IMG/VR virus record: IMGVR_UViG_2585427766_000015
From: a virus
Lineage: Duplodnaviria > Heunggongvirae > Uroviricota > Caudoviricetes
Reading direction: 5' to 3' (one strand)
Length of the DNA stretch: 37,937 bases
Positions 16,594 to 26,743 of the stretch are shown in pieces. The translations under genes were made by a program, and so were the position numbers. The stretch's first letter is position 1; every line of letters starts with the position of its first letter. Below the pieces are notes generated by a model. It saw nothing but the letters and a program-made list of their open reading frames with translations, was not told the origin of the DNA and did not search any database.

Positions 16594-16947
16594 TCATCGA
16601 TAGAAAAACTTTACAGCCCACTCGTAAACAGCTTTGTAAATCGGTTCATGGTAAATACTATCGATACTATTCAGATGTGCGATCATCGCCTCCACAGTTG
16701 TAGTGGTTGTTTCTAATATTTCGATTATTGCAGGGCGGTCATCATCTTCATCGAAGTATTCGAACAGCAGTACAGGTTTACCATGCAATTCAGCATCTGA
16801 GACTCTAAGGTTACAACTACCGCTCAACTCAAAGTGAATTTTGTAATTACCTTCTACAGAATGGCCTACGGGGAAAAAGTATAGGGTGTCATCTTTGTTC
16901 AAAAGCCATTCCCATTCATAACTATTCATTTGTGAACTCCTGTTCAT
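16594..16947 (-). CDS. Hypothetical acidic protein, 117 aa, AT-rich; upstream gene of the antisense cassette
   Basis: ORF with acidic cluster (EYFDEDDDRPAIIEILETTTTT); 43-bp gap to the downstream ORF suggests an operon. Confidence 0.6.
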   Translation of the reverse strand: MNRSSQMNSYEWEWLLNKDDTLYFFPVGHSVEGNYKIHFELSGSCNLRVSDAELHGKPVLLFEYFDEDDDRPAIIEILETTTTTVEAMIAHLNSIDSIYHEPIYKAVYEWAVKFFYR

Positions 16948-17079
16948 TGAGTTTCAACAACTATCAACTACATCCAGCGAAGCATAAAAGATCGTTTATG
17001 GCAAAACCGGAATGGAGTGCGATTCGATTCTGAGAAGGGTGCCACGTATCGTACGCGAACCATCCAAGAGGATTATGCA

Positions 17080-17430
17080 ATGCCCCTACGAACCCCAAAA
17101 GCCTGCCGCGTTCGCGGCTGCCGTAATACCACTACAGACCCGTCAGGCTACTGCGAAAGCCACAAAAACGAAGGCTGGAAACAATACAAGCCGGGGCAAT
17201 CTCGTCATCAGCGCGGTTATGGTTCGAAGTGGGACAGTATCCGCGCGCGTGTGCTGAAGCGTGACAAAGGTTTATGTCAATTATGTCTGCATGCTGGTGT
17301 GGTGGGTGAGGCGAAAACCGTTGACCACATCATTCCCAAAGCGCATGGCGGCACCGATGCCGACAGTAACCTGCAGAGTCTGTGCTGGCCGTGTCATAAG
17401 GCGAAGACGGCCCGTGAACGGCTGAAGTAA
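17080..17430 (+). CDS. HNH endonuclease (terminase-associated), about 116 aa
   Basis: HNH motif (VDHIIPKAHGGTDADSNLQSLCWPCH) with Cys pairs; AAGAGGA Shine-Dalgarno before the ATG at 17080; sits upstream of TerS as in HK97-like cos phages. Confidence 0.85.
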   Translation: MPLRTPKACRVRGCRNTTTDPSGYCESHKNEGWKQYKPGQSRHQRGYGSKWDSIRARVLKRDKGLCQLCLHAGVVGEAKTVDHIIPKAHGGTDADSNLQSLCWPCHKAKTARERLK

Positions 17431-17456
17431 GAACCAGTTCCCATTGCCAGAGGGGA

Positions 17457-17516
17457 GGGGCGGGTCAAATCCCTGTGACCTGACGTCTTCCGGACTGCCC
17501 GCCCCATCGTTTTTTT
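17457..17516 (+). other. Strong GC stem (GGGGCGGG ... CCCGCCCC) with 33-nt loop followed by a 7-T run, between HNH and terS; terminator-like or packaging-site-associated
   Basis: Read in sequence; function not assignable without experiment. Confidence 0.3.
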
Positions 17517-17546
17517 ATACCCGCGAAAAATGAAATTTAACCAGGA

Positions 17547-18050
17547 GTGCCGCATATGGCTGGAACGGCGGGGCGTTCCGGGCGTCGCCCCAAGCCAACG
17601 GCGCGCAAGGCGCTGGCCGGAAACCCCGGCAAGCGAGCCCTGAATAAAGATGAACCTGTTTTTACGCCCATCAAAGGTGTTGAGCCACCGGAGTGGTTCG
17701 CTGAAGAAGATCTCCCTCTCGCCACGATCATGTGGCAACTGACAACCAAAGAACTCTGCGGTCAGGGCCTGCTGTGCGTGACTGACCTCGCGGTGCTTGA
17801 GCGGTGGTGCGTGGCCTACGAGTTCTGGCGGCGTGCCGTGAAAAATATTGCCAGACAGGGCAACACCATCACCGGTGCAATGGGTGGCATGGTCAAAAAT
17901 CCGGAGCTGACCGCCAAGAAAGAACAGGAGTCCGAGATGAGCAGCACGGGGGCAATGCTCGGACTCGACCCCAGCAGCCGCCAGCGTCTGATTGGCCTGG
18001 CGGGGCAGAAGAAAGCCACTAACCCGTTTCTGAAAATCATCGAATCATGA
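17547..18050 (+). CDS. Terminase small subunit (P27-family type), 167 aa
   Basis: N-terminus [34 protein letters not shown] typical of P27-family TerS; precedes TerL. Confidence 0.85.
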   Translation: MPHMAGTAGRSGRRPKPTARKALAGNPGKRALNKDEPVFTPIKGVEPPEWFAEEDLPLATIMWQLTTKELCGQGLLCVTDLAVLERWCVAYEFWRRAVKNIARQGNTITGAMGGMVKNPELTAKKEQESEMSSTGAMLGLDPSSRQRLIGLAGQKKATNPFLKIIES

Positions 18051-19780
18051 GCCGGAAATCTTACCCCAACGTAAATGCTGCCAATCAGTATGCCCGTGAT
18101 GTCGTGCGCGGAAAGATTGTGGCCTGCCAGTTTGTGATTCAGGCCTGCCAGCGCCATCTTGATGACCTGATGGCGGAAAAAAGTAAGTCGTTTCGTTACC
18201 GCTTCGACAAGGACCTGGCTGAACGGGCCGCGAAATTTATTCAGCTGTTGCCACACACCAAGGGGGAGTGGGCATTCAAGAGGATGCCCATCACGCTGGA
18301 GCCGTGGCAGCTCTTTGTGATCTGCTGTGCGTTTGGCTGGGTCAATAAAGGTACCCGGCTGCGCCGCTTCCGGGAGGTGTATACCGAAATCCCCCGTAAG
18401 AACGGCAAATCGGCAATCTCTGCCGGTGTCGCCCTGTATTGTTTTGCCTGTGATAACGAGTTTGGCGCGGAAGTGTATTCCGGTGCCACGACGGAGAAAC
18501 AGGCGTGGGAAGTCTTTCGCCCGGCGCGACTGATGTGTAAACGCACACCCATGCTGACGGAAGCGTTCGGGATTGAGGTTAACGCCTCAAACATGAACCG
18601 TCCGGAGGATGGCGCGCGGTTTGAACCGCTGATCGGTAACCCCGGTGATGGTTCATCACCCCACTGTGCTGTGGTGGATGAATATCACGAGCACGCCACC
18701 GATGCGCTTTACACCACGATGCTTACCGGGATGGGGGCGCGACGTCAGCCACTGATGTGGGCCATCACCACCGCCGGGTACAACATTGAGGGGCCGTGCT
18801 ACGACAAGCGGCGGGAAGTCATCGAGATGCTCAACGGCTCGGTGCCTAACGATGAACTGTTCGGGATCATCTATACCGTTGATGAAGGTGACGACTGGAC
18901 CGACCCGCAGGTGCTGGAAAAAGCCAATCCAAATATTGGCGTGTCGGTTTATCGCGAATTTTTGTTAAGTCAGCAGCAGCGTGCGAAAAATAACGCCCGT
19001 CTGGCAAACGTCTTTAAAACAAAACACCTCAATATCTGGGTGTCGGCGCGTTCGGCGTATTTCAACCTGGTGAGCTGGCAGAGCTGCGAGGATAAATCAC
19101 TGACCCTTGAGCAGTTCGAGGGGCAGCCGTGCATTCTGGCCTTTGACCTGGCGCGTAAGCTGGATATGAACAGCATGGCGCGACTTTATACCCGCGAGAT
19201 TGACGGTAAAACGCATTACTACAGTGTGGCCCCGCGTTTCTGGGTACCGTATGACACGGTGTACAGCGTCGAGAAAAATGAAGATCGACGGACAGCCGAA
19301 CGCTTTCAGAAATGGGTGGAAATGGGCGTTCTGACCGTTACCGATGGTGCGGAGGTGGATTATCGCTACATCCTTGAGGAGGCCAAAGCGGCGAACAAAA
19401 TCAGCCCGGTCAGTGAGTCAACCATCGACCCCTTCGGGGCGACCGGGTTGTCACATGACCTTGCTGATGAAGACCTGAACCCCATCACTATCATTCAGAA
19501 CTACACCAACATGTCCGACCCGATGAAAGAGCTGGAAGCGGCAATTGAATCGGGGCGCTTTCATCATGATGGCAATCCCATCATGACCTGGTGTATCGGC
19601 AACGTGGTCGGCAAAACCATTCCGGGTAACGATGATGTGGTGAAGCCCGTCAAAGAGCAGGCGGAAAACAAAATCGATGGTGCAGTTGCGCTGATTATGG
19701 CGGTTGGCAGAGCCATGCTGTACGAGAAAGAAGACACGCTGTCTGACCACATTGAGTCCTATGGGATCCGCTCGCTTTAA
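18047..19780 (+). CDS. Terminase large subunit, 577 aa
   Basis: Size, position and ATPase/nuclease-domain features of HK97-type TerL. Confidence 0.92.
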   Translation: MSRKSYPNVNAANQYARDVVRGKIVACQFVIQACQRHLDDLMAEKSKSFRYRFDKDLAERAAKFIQLLPHTKGEWAFKRMPITLEPWQLFVICCAFGWVNKGTRLRRFREVYTEIPRKNGKSAISAGVALYCFACDNEFGAEVYSGATTEKQAWEVFRPARLMCKRTPMLTEAFGIEVNASNMNRPEDGARFEPLIGNPGDGSSPHCAVVDEYHEHATDALYTTMLTGMGARRQPLMWAITTAGYNIEGPCYDKRREVIEMLNGSVPNDELFGIIYTVDEGDDWTDPQVLEKANPNIGVSVYREFLLSQQQRAKNNARLANVFKTKHLNIWVSARSAYFNLVSWQSCEDKSLTLEQFEGQPCILAFDLARKLDMNSMARLYTREIDGKTHYYSVAPRFWVPYDTVYSVEKNEDRRTAERFQKWVEMGVLTVTDGAEVDYRYILEEAKAANKISPVSESTIDPFGATGLSHDLADEDLNPITIIQNYTNMSDPMKELEAAIESGRFHHDGNPIMTWCIGNVVGKTIPGNDDVVKPVKEQAENKIDGAVALIMAVGRAMLYEKEDTLSDHIESYGIRSL

Positions 19781-19791
19781 CTGAGGTAATT

Positions 19792-19974
19792 ATGATCATG
19801 CTGATTCTCGCGCCTCTGGTGGGCGTGCTGGGGGCGCTTTTGCTGGCGTATGGTGCCTGGCTGATTTATCCCCCGGCGGGGTTTGTTGTTGCCGGGGCGT
19901 TGTGCCTGTTCTGGTCGTGGCTGGTAGCGCGATATCTCGACCGTACACAGCTGTCTGTTGGTGGAGGTAAATAG
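19792..19974 (+). CDS. Small hydrophobic (membrane) protein, 60 aa
   Basis: Two predicted transmembrane helices ([22 protein letters not shown] ... [15 protein letters not shown]); between TerL and portal. Confidence 0.35.
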   Translation: MIMLILAPLVGVLGALLLAYGAWLIYPPAGFVVAGALCLFWSWLVARYLDRTQLSVGGGK

Positions 19975-21215
19975 TGTTCTTTTCGGGATTATTTCAACGA
20001 AAAAGTGACGCACCGGTGACCACGCCAGCAGAGCTGGCGGATGCCATCGGGTTGTCCTACGACACCTATACCGGAAAGCAGATCAGCAGTCAGCGGGCCA
20101 TGCGACTGACGGCGGTTTTTTCCTGCGTCAGAGTGCTGGCAGAGTCGGTCGGGATGTTGCCCTGCAATCTGTATCACCTGAACGGCAGCCTGAAGCAGAG
20201 AGCCACCGGCGAACGTCTGCATAAACTGATCTCCACGCATCCCAATGGCTATATGACGCCGCAGGAGTTCTGGGAGCTGGTGGTCACCTGTCTGTGCCTG
20301 CGGGGAAACTTTTACGCCTACAAAGTGAAAGCATTTGGCGAAGTGGCTGAACTGCTGCCCGTCGATCCCGGCTGTGTGGAACCGAAGCTTAACAGTAGCT
20401 GGGAGCCGATCTATCAGGTCACATTCCCGGATGGCTCCACGGATGTACTGAGCCAGGAGGATATCTGGCATGTGCGCACGCTGACGCTGGACGGACTGGT
20501 GGGGCTGAATCCCATCGCCTATGCCCGCGAGGCAATATCGCTGGCAGCTGCGACCGAAGAGCACGGGGCCAGACTGTTCAGCAATGGCGCGGTGACGTCG
20601 GGTGTGTTGCGTACAGAGCAGACGCTGTCAGATCAGGCTTATGAGCGCCTGAAGAAAGATTTTGAGGAGCGTCACACCGGGCTTGGCAATGCTCACCGCC
20701 CGATGATCCTTGAGATGGGGCTGGACTGGAAGTCGATGGCGCTGAACGCCGAGGACAGCCAGTTCCTGGAAACCCGCAAGTTTCAGCTTGAAGAAATCTG
20801 TCGTCTGTTCCGGGTGCCGTTGCACATGGTGCAGAACACCGATCGCGCCACCTTCAACAATATCGAAGAGCTGGGGCTGGGATTTATCAACTATTCACTG
20901 GTGCCGTATCTGACCCGCATCGAACAGCGGATCAACACCGGACTGGTACGAAAAAGTAAGCAGGGCGTTTATTACGCCAAATTTAACGCCGGGGCGTTAC
21001 TGCGCGGGGATATGAAGTCCCGTTTTGAAGCCTACGCCACCGGGATCAACTGGGGAATTTACTCTCCCAATGACTGCCGCGACCTGGAAGATATGAATCC
21101 GCGTCCCGGTGGTGATGTCTATCTCACACCGATGAACATGACCACGAAACCCTCCGATGGCAGTAAAGCCGGTAAGCAGAAGGATAACGCCAATGCAGAC
21201 GAAACAACGTCTTGA
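19974..21215 (+). CDS. Portal protein (HK97 family), 413 aa
   Basis: Size and position after TerL; overall resemblance to HK97-family portals. Confidence 0.88.
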   Translation: MFFSGLFQRKSDAPVTTPAELADAIGLSYDTYTGKQISSQRAMRLTAVFSCVRVLAESVGMLPCNLYHLNGSLKQRATGERLHKLISTHPNGYMTPQEFWELVVTCLCLRGNFYAYKVKAFGEVAELLPVDPGCVEPKLNSSWEPIYQVTFPDGSTDVLSQEDIWHVRTLTLDGLVGLNPIAYAREAISLAAATEEHGARLFSNGAVTSGVLRTEQTLSDQAYERLKKDFEERHTGLGNAHRPMILEMGLDWKSMALNAEDSQFLETRKFQLEEICRLFRVPLHMVQNTDRATFNNIEELGLGFINYSLVPYLTRIEQRINTGLVRKSKQGVYYAKFNAGALLRGDMKSRFEAYATGINWGIYSPNDCRDLEDMNPRPGGDVYLTPMNMTTKPSDGSKAGKQKDNANADETTS

Positions 21216-21843
21216 TGTACCGCTGAGTCTGAAATCTGTCAGTGACTCCGGTGAGTTTGAAGGGTATGGCTCCGTCTTTGGTGTAAAGGACAGCCACGAT
21301 GATGTGGTGATGTCCGGGGCATTTGCTGCTTCCCTGCGGGCGTGGAGTGACAGAAAAGCGTTACCTGCGCTGCTCTGGCAGCACCGCATGGATGAACCCA
21401 TCGGTGTTTACACCGAAATGAAGGAAGACGATGTCGGGCTTTACGTCAGGGGACGGTTGCTTATTGATGATGATCCCCTCGCAAAACGCGCACATGCACA
21501 CATGAAGGCCGGTTCGTTAACCGGCCTTTCTATTGGGTACGTCCTGAAAGACTGGGAATACGACCGGAGCAAAGAAGCCTTTCTGCTGAAAGAAATCGAC
21601 CTCTGGGAAGTCAGCCTGGTGACGTTCCCGTCTAACGACGAGGCGCGGATCAGCGACGTCAAGAACGCACTGGCCCGCGGGGAAATCCCCGAACAGAAAA
21701 AAATCGAAAGAGTCCTGCGTGATGTCGGACTCTCCCGTACCCAGGCCAAAGCATTCATGGCCGGGGGCTATGGCGCACTGTCCCTGCGCGACGCTGAGGA
21801 TGTGGGCTCTGCACTGAATGCACTGAAAAATCTGAACTTCTAA
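21193..21843 (+). CDS. Prohead maturation protease (HK97 family), about 216 aa
   Basis: MQTKQRLDVPL ... EGYGSVFGVKDSHDDVVMSGAF typical of HK97-type prohead proteases; the ORF track starts at 21157. Confidence 0.85.
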   Translation: MQTKQRLDVPLSLKSVSDSGEFEGYGSVFGVKDSHDDVVMSGAFAASLRAWSDRKALPALLWQHRMDEPIGVYTEMKEDDVGLYVRGRLLIDDDPLAKRAHAHMKAGSLTGLSIGYVLKDWEYDRSKEAFLLKEIDLWEVSLVTFPSNDEARISDVKNALARGEIPEQKKIERVLRDVGLSRTQAKAFMAGGYGALSLRDAEDVGSALNALKNLNF

Positions 21844-21857
21844 TCAGGAGAAATACG

Positions 21858-23063
21858 ATGGCGGTTGATATTAAAGATGTCGAACAGGTCGCGCAGGAGC
21901 TGCAGCAGAAGTTTGACGACTTCAAAGCAAAGAACGACAAGCGCGTGGATGCGATTGAGCAGGAAAAAGGCAAGCTTGCCGGGCAGGTGGAAACCCTGAA
22001 CGGGAAACTCAGCGAGCTGGAAAATCTCAAAAGCGACCTTGAAAAAGAGCTGCTTGAGCTGAAACGTCCGGCAGGTGGAGCGCAAAATAAACTGGCCACC
22101 GAGCATAAAGAGGCGTTTGTGGGCTTCCTGCGTAAAGGCCGTGAAGACGGTCTGCGCGATCTGGAGCGTAAGGCATTGCAGGTGGGTACCGATGAAGACG
22201 GTGGCTACGCCGTGCCGGAAGAACTGGATCGCAACATTCTTAACCTGCTGAAAGATGAAGTGGTGATGCGTCAGGAAGCCACGGTGATCACCGTTGGCGG
22301 TTCCGACTACAAAAAACTGGTGAATCTGGGCGGTACGGCTTCCGGATGGGTGGGGGAAACGGATACGCGATCCCAGACTGCCACCTCCAGACTGGAGCTG
22401 ATTGAACCTCTCATGGGGGAAATCTACGGTAACCCGCAGGCCACCCAGAAAATGCTGGATGATGCCTTTTTCAACGTGGAAGCATGGATCAACAGCGAGC
22501 TGGCAACCGAATTTGCCGAACAGGAAGAAATTGCCTTTACTACCGGCGATGGTACCAAGAAGCCGAAAGGGTTCCTGGCGTATGAATCCACTGATGAAAC
22601 CGATAAGGTCCGGGCGTTCGGCAAACTTCAGCATATTGTATCCGGCGAAGCGACGGCGGTGACCGCAGACGCCATTATCAAACTGATTTACACGCTGCGT
22701 AAGGCACACCGCACTGGCGCGAAGTTCATGATGAACAACAACAGCCTGTTTGCCATCCGTCTGCTTAAAGACAGCGAGGGTAACTATCTGTGGCGTCCGG
22801 GGCTGGAACTGGGGCAGCCGTCCTCTCTGGCGGGTTACGGTATCGCTGAAAACGAACAGATGCCGGATATCGCCGCTGATGCGAAAGCCATTGCATTTGG
22901 TAACTTCAAACGGGGTTACACCATCGTTGACCGTATCGGCACCCGCATTCTGCGTGATCCGTACACCAATAAACCGTTTGTCGGTTTTTATACCACCAAG
23001 CGCACCGGCGGGATGCTGGTCGATTCGCAGGCCATCAAACTGCTGAAGATTGCAGCGGCGTAA
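21858..23063 (+). CDS. Major capsid protein (HK97 fold), 401 aa
   Basis: N-terminal coiled-coil delta domain followed by capsid domain; position after the protease. Confidence 0.9.
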   Translation: MAVDIKDVEQVAQELQQKFDDFKAKNDKRVDAIEQEKGKLAGQVETLNGKLSELENLKSDLEKELLELKRPAGGAQNKLATEHKEAFVGFLRKGREDGLRDLERKALQVGTDEDGGYAVPEELDRNILNLLKDEVVMRQEATVITVGGSDYKKLVNLGGTASGWVGETDTRSQTATSRLELIEPLMGEIYGNPQATQKMLDDAFFNVEAWINSELATEFAEQEEIAFTTGDGTKKPKGFLAYESTDETDKVRAFGKLQHIVSGEATAVTADAIIKLIYTLRKAHRTGAKFMMNNNSLFAIRLLKDSEGNYLWRPGLELGQPSSLAGYGIAENEQMPDIAADAKAIAFGNFKRGYTIVDRIGTRILRDPYTNKPFVGFYTTKRTGGMLVDSQAIKLLKIAAA

Positions 23064-23112
23064 TCATTCAGGGGCGCGGAACCGCGCCCCCTGTTCTGAC
23101 GGGTGAAGAATC

Positions 23113-23313
23113 ATGATCCTGAAACAAGATCTGAAATGGTCACCGGACGGTATGCGTGTTGAGGTCATTCGGGCCGGTGAGTATGACGACGGGGCGCTTC
23201 CTGCCCGGGTGCAGGAGATTGCACTTCAGGCCGGGTTAGCAGAGCGCGGAACCAGTGCAAAAAGCAGTAAAGCGGCAAAAGAGAAAAAAGCCACGACCAG
23301 TAAAGAGGGCTGA
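23113..23313 (+). CDS. Hypothetical small head-module protein, 66 aa
   Basis: ORF in the head gene cluster with Lys/Ala-rich C-terminus. Confidence 0.35.
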   Translation: MILKQDLKWSPDGMRVEVIRAGEYDDGALPARVQEIALQAGLAERGTSAKSSKAAKEKKATTSKEG

Positions 23314-23315
23314 GT

Positions 23316-23639
23316 ATGCTTCTGACAATGGAAGAGATTAAAGCCCAACTCCGGCTGGATGAGGATTTCGATGCTGATGACCGCCATCTGCAACTGCTGG
23401 CCTGTGCGGCGCAAAAGCGGACGGAAACGTATCTGAACCGGAAGCTCTATGCACCGGATGAAACCATTCCGGACAGCGATCCGGACGGGCTGCACCTGCC
23501 GGATGATATTCGTCTGGGGATGCTGATGCTTATCAGCCATTTTTACGAAAACCGCTCGTCGGTTACGGAAGTGGAGAAACTCGACATGCCGCAGAGTTTT
23601 GGCTGGCTTGTCGGCCCGTATAGGTACTTTCCGCAATGA
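23316..23639 (+). CDS. Head-tail connector protein (gp6-like), 107 aa
   Basis: Size and position; MEEIKAQLRLDEDFD ... motif typical of gp6-like DNA-packaging/connector proteins. Confidence 0.65.
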   Translation: MLLTMEEIKAQLRLDEDFDADDRHLQLLACAAQKRTETYLNRKLYAPDETIPDSDPDGLHLPDDIRLGMLMLISHFYENRSSVTEVEKLDMPQSFGWLVGPYRYFPQ

Positions 23640-24046
23640 AAATTCGTCAGGCGCAGACCAGCGCAACCTACATTCTGCCGGACCCCGGTGAACTGAATAA
23701 ACGCGTCCTGATCCGCCAGCGGGTGGATATGCCCGCGGATAACTTTGGCGTGGAGCCTCAATACCCGGTTACGTTCCGGACATGGGCGAAGGTTATCCAG
23801 ACCAGTGCCACCACCTGGCAGGAAACCGCGCAGACTGGAGACGCCATCACCCATTACATCACCATTCGCTACCGCCGGGGGATCACCGCTGATTATGAGG
23901 TGGTCTGTGATGACAGTGTGTACCGGGTGAAACGTCAGCGCGATCTGAACGGGGCGCGGCGCTTTCTGCTGCTGGAGTGTACGGAACTGGGCGAATTTAC
24001 GCAGAGTCACGGAGGCAGCAATGGCGACTCCCTTTTTTCACGTTGA
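23636..24046 (+). CDS. Head closure/head-tail adaptor protein, 136 aa
   Basis: Position and size in an HK97-like head-tail joining cluster. Confidence 0.6.
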   Translation: MKIRQAQTSATYILPDPGELNKRVLIRQRVDMPADNFGVEPQYPVTFRTWAKVIQTSATTWQETAQTGDAITHYITIRYRRGITADYEVVCDDSVYRVKRQRDLNGARRFLLLECTELGEFTQSHGGSNGDSLFSR

Positions 24047-24527
24047 TGTTCAGCAGCCCGCGGAGATGCGCTTTAACCGCGCCCGTGTCCGGCGGGCGTT
24101 TGTCACGATTGGGCAGCGTCATATGCGTGATGCCCGTCGGCTGGTGATGCGCCGTGCGCGGTCGGCACCGGGTGAAAACCCCGGTTATCAGACCGGACGC
24201 CTGGCTCGTTCGATTGGTTACATGGTGCCGAGAGCCAGTAAAAAGCGAGCCGGTTTTATGACACGCATTGCCCCTAACCAGCGCAACGGGAAGGGGAACC
24301 GGATGATCTCTGGTGACTTCTATCCGGCGTTTCTGTTTTTTGGTGTCCGGGGAGGAGCAAAACGTCGTCGTAGTCATCATCGTGGTGCATCCGGTGGCAG
24401 CGGCTGGCGGCTGGCTCCACGTAATAACTTTATGGTGGAAACTCTTGAAAAGAACCGCAGCTGGACACGCTATTTTCTGGCGCGGGAATTACGTAAATCA
24501 CTGAAGCCGGAGCGACGACGCAGATGA
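24021..24527 (+). CDS. Neck/tail-completion protein (HK97 gp10-like), 168 aa
   Basis: Position and basic composition; weak family resemblance. Confidence 0.5.
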   Translation: MATPFFHVDVQQPAEMRFNRARVRRAFVTIGQRHMRDARRLVMRRARSAPGENPGYQTGRLARSIGYMVPRASKKRAGFMTRIAPNQRNGKGNRMISGDFYPAFLFFGVRGGAKRRRSHHRGASGGSGWRLAPRNNFMVETLEKNRSWTRYFLARELRKSLKPERRRR

Positions 24528-25084
24528 AACTGACGCCTGTTATTGCTGCGCTGCGTGCCCGCTGCCCGTATTTTGAAAACCGGGTGGCAGGCGCGGCACA
24601 GTTCAAAAATCTGCCGGAGGTCGGAAAGCTGAGACTCCCGGCGGCGTATGTGGTACCGGGGGATGATTCTCCGGGAGAAAACAAAAGCCAGACCGACTAC
24701 TGGCAGGAGCTGAAAGAGGGCTTCTCCGTGGTTGTCATACTGAGTAACGGGCGTGATGAGCGCGGTCAGTTTGCTTCGTATGATGTGGTGGACGATGTCC
24801 GGCAGATGCTCTTTAAGGCCCTGCTGGGCTGGAACCCGGAAGCGTGCGGTAACCCGATTAACTATGACGGCGGCACGCTGCTGGATCTGAATCGTCATGA
24901 GCTGATTTATCAGTTCGATTTTTCGATCATCAGCGAGCTGACCGAAGACGATACCCGCCAGCAGGATGATCTGAACAGTCTGGATGAACTGCAAACGCTG
25001 GCGATTGATGTTGATTATCTCGAGCCCGGTAACGGGCCTGACGGCGATATCGAACATCACACCGAAATAACCCTTCCTTCCTGA
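24524..25084 (+). CDS. Putative tail terminator/completion protein, 186 aa
   Basis: Position immediately upstream of the sheath gene cluster. Confidence 0.45.
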   Translation: MKLTPVIAALRARCPYFENRVAGAAQFKNLPEVGKLRLPAAYVVPGDDSPGENKSQTDYWQELKEGFSVVVILSNGRDERGQFASYDVVDDVRQMLFKALLGWNPEACGNPINYDGGTLLDLNRHELIYQFDFSIISELTEDDTRQQDDLNSLDELQTLAIDVDYLEPGNGPDGDIEHHTEITLPS

Positions 25085-25092
25085 GGATCCTC

Positions 25093-25263
25093 ATGTTTGT
25101 CAAACCTGTTAAAGGGCGGTCAGTTCCTGACCCTGCCCGCGGCGACCTTTTGCCCGCCGAAGGGCGAAATGTTGACGAGAACAACTACTGGCTGCGCCGT
25201 GAAGCAGCGGGTGATATCCGGCGCGTGAATAAAAAGGTGAATACCGATGACGATAAGCTTTAA
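25093..25263 (+). CDS. Small conserved protein preceding tail sheath (DUF2635-like), 56 aa
   Basis: ATG ORF MFVKPVKGRSVPDP ... not in the supplied track (below length cutoff); 3' end overlaps the sheath start. Confidence 0.35.
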   Translation: MFVKPVKGRSVPDPARGDLLPAEGRNVDENNYWLRREAAGDIRRVNKKVNTDDDKL

Positions 25264-26743
25264 CACTATTCCGTCGAATACGCTGGTTCCGTTGTTTTAT
25301 GCGGAAATGGATAACCAGGCGGCGAATACTGCACAGGACAGCGGAGCATCGCTGCTGATTGGTCATGCCAATAACGGTGCAGAGATTGTTGCCAACAGTC
25401 TGGTACTGATGCCGTCGGCAGACTATGCACGCCAGATTTGTGGTGCGGGAAGTCAGCTGGCGCGTATGGTCGAGGCTTATCGCCAGACTGACCCGTTTGG
25501 CGAGCTGTATGTGATTGCCGTTCCTGAATCCACAGGCGCGGCGGCAACAGTTACGCTGACGGTGACCGGGGCAGCAACCGAAACCGGCACGGTGAATGTT
25601 TATGTGGGACGTACCCGCGTGCAGGCACCGGTGACCAACGGCGATAACGTCGCGACGATTGCCAGCAGTATCAAAGATGCCATCAATGCCGTTCCGGCCC
25701 TGCCGTTTACGGCCTCATCTTCGGCTGGTGTGGTTACATTGACCGCTCGCCATAAGGGGCTTTGCGGGAATGAAATTCCTGTCAGCCTCAATTACTACGG
25801 CTTCGGTGGGGGCGAAGTGCTGCCAGCGGGCGTACAGATTGCCGTGGCGACGGGGACCGCCGGAACGGGCGCTCCGGTTCTCACCGGCGCGGTGGCTGCA
25901 ATGGCGGATGAGCCGTTTGATTATATCGGTCTGCCGTTCAACGACACGGCCTCTGTTAACACGCTGGTGACCGAGATGAACGATACCAGCGGTCGCTGGA
26001 GCTATGCGCGTCAGCTGTATGGTCATGTGTATACGGCAAAGGCCGGCACACTGTCAGAACTGGTGAACGCAGGTGACCAGTTTAACCAGCAGCACATCAC
26101 CCTGGCGGGGTACGAAAAAGAGACCCAGACGCCTGCCGACGAGCTGGCAGCCAGCCGTACCGCCCGCGCAGCGGTGTTTATCCGCAACGATCCGGCACGT
26201 CCCACGCAGACCGGTGAGATGGTGGGTATGCTGCCTGCGCCGAAGGGGAAACGGTTCACGATGACCGAACAACAGACCCTGCTGTCTCATGGCGTGGCAA
26301 CGGCGTATGTCGAAAGCGGGGTACTGCGCATTCAGCGTGATGTCACCACGTACAGGAAAAACGCTTACGGGGTTGCGGATAACAGCTACCTCGACAGTGA
26401 GACACTGCATACCAGCGCGTATGTACTGCGCAAACTGAAATCCGTCATTACCAGTAAGTACGGGCGTCACAAGCTTGCCAGTGACGGTACCCGCTTTGGT
26501 CCCGGTCAGGCGATTGTCACCCCGGCGGTGATCAAAGGGGAACTGCTGGCAACCTACCGTCAGCTTGAGCGTGCGGGGATCGTGGAAAACTACGAACTGT
26601 TTAAGCAGTACCTGGTTGTGGAGCGTGATGCCAGCGATCCGAACCGCCTGAACACGCTGTTCCCGCCTGACTATGTTAACCAGTTGCGTGTCTTTGCCGT
26701 GGTTAACCAGTTCCGTCTTCAGTATTCAGAGGAGTCTGCATAA
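25247..26743 (+). CDS. Contractile tail sheath protein (Mu gpL-like), 498 aa
   Basis: Size and gene order (sheath, tube, chaperone, tape measure). Confidence 0.8.
   Translation: MTISFNTIPSNTLVPLFYAEMDNQAANTAQDSGASLLIGHANNGAEIVANSLVLMPSADYARQICGAGSQLARMVEAYRQTDPFGELYVIAVPESTGAAATVTLTVTGAATETGTVNVYVGRTRVQAPVTNGDNVATIASSIKDAINAVPALPFTASSSAGVVTLTARHKGLCGNEIPVSLNYYGFGGGEVLPAGVQIAVATGTAGTGAPVLTGAVAAMADEPFDYIGLPFNDTASVNTLVTEMNDTSGRWSYARQLYGHVYTAKAGTLSELVNAGDQFNQQHITLAGYEKETQTPADELAASRTARAAVFIRNDPARPTQTGEMVGMLPAPKGKRFTMTEQQTLLSHGVATAYVESGVLRIQRDVTTYRKNAYGVADNSYLDSETLHTSAYVLRKLKSVITSKYGRHKLASDGTRFGPGQAIVTPAVIKGELLATYRQLERAGIVENYELFKQYLVVERDASDPNRLNTLFPPDYVNQLRVFAVVNQFRLQYSEESA

Noticed and set aside
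17012-17257. Alternative-frame ORF overlapping the HNH endonuclease gene
   Set aside because: The HNH frame carries the conserved motif and a strong Shine-Dalgarno sequence; the overlapping frame is Ala/Thr/Arg-rich and spurious.
19989-22709. Long minus-strand ORFs (e.g. 21840-22709, 19989-20564) antisense to portal and capsid genes
   Set aside because: They are shadow ORFs of high-GC structural genes whose + strand products have clear phage-structural signatures.
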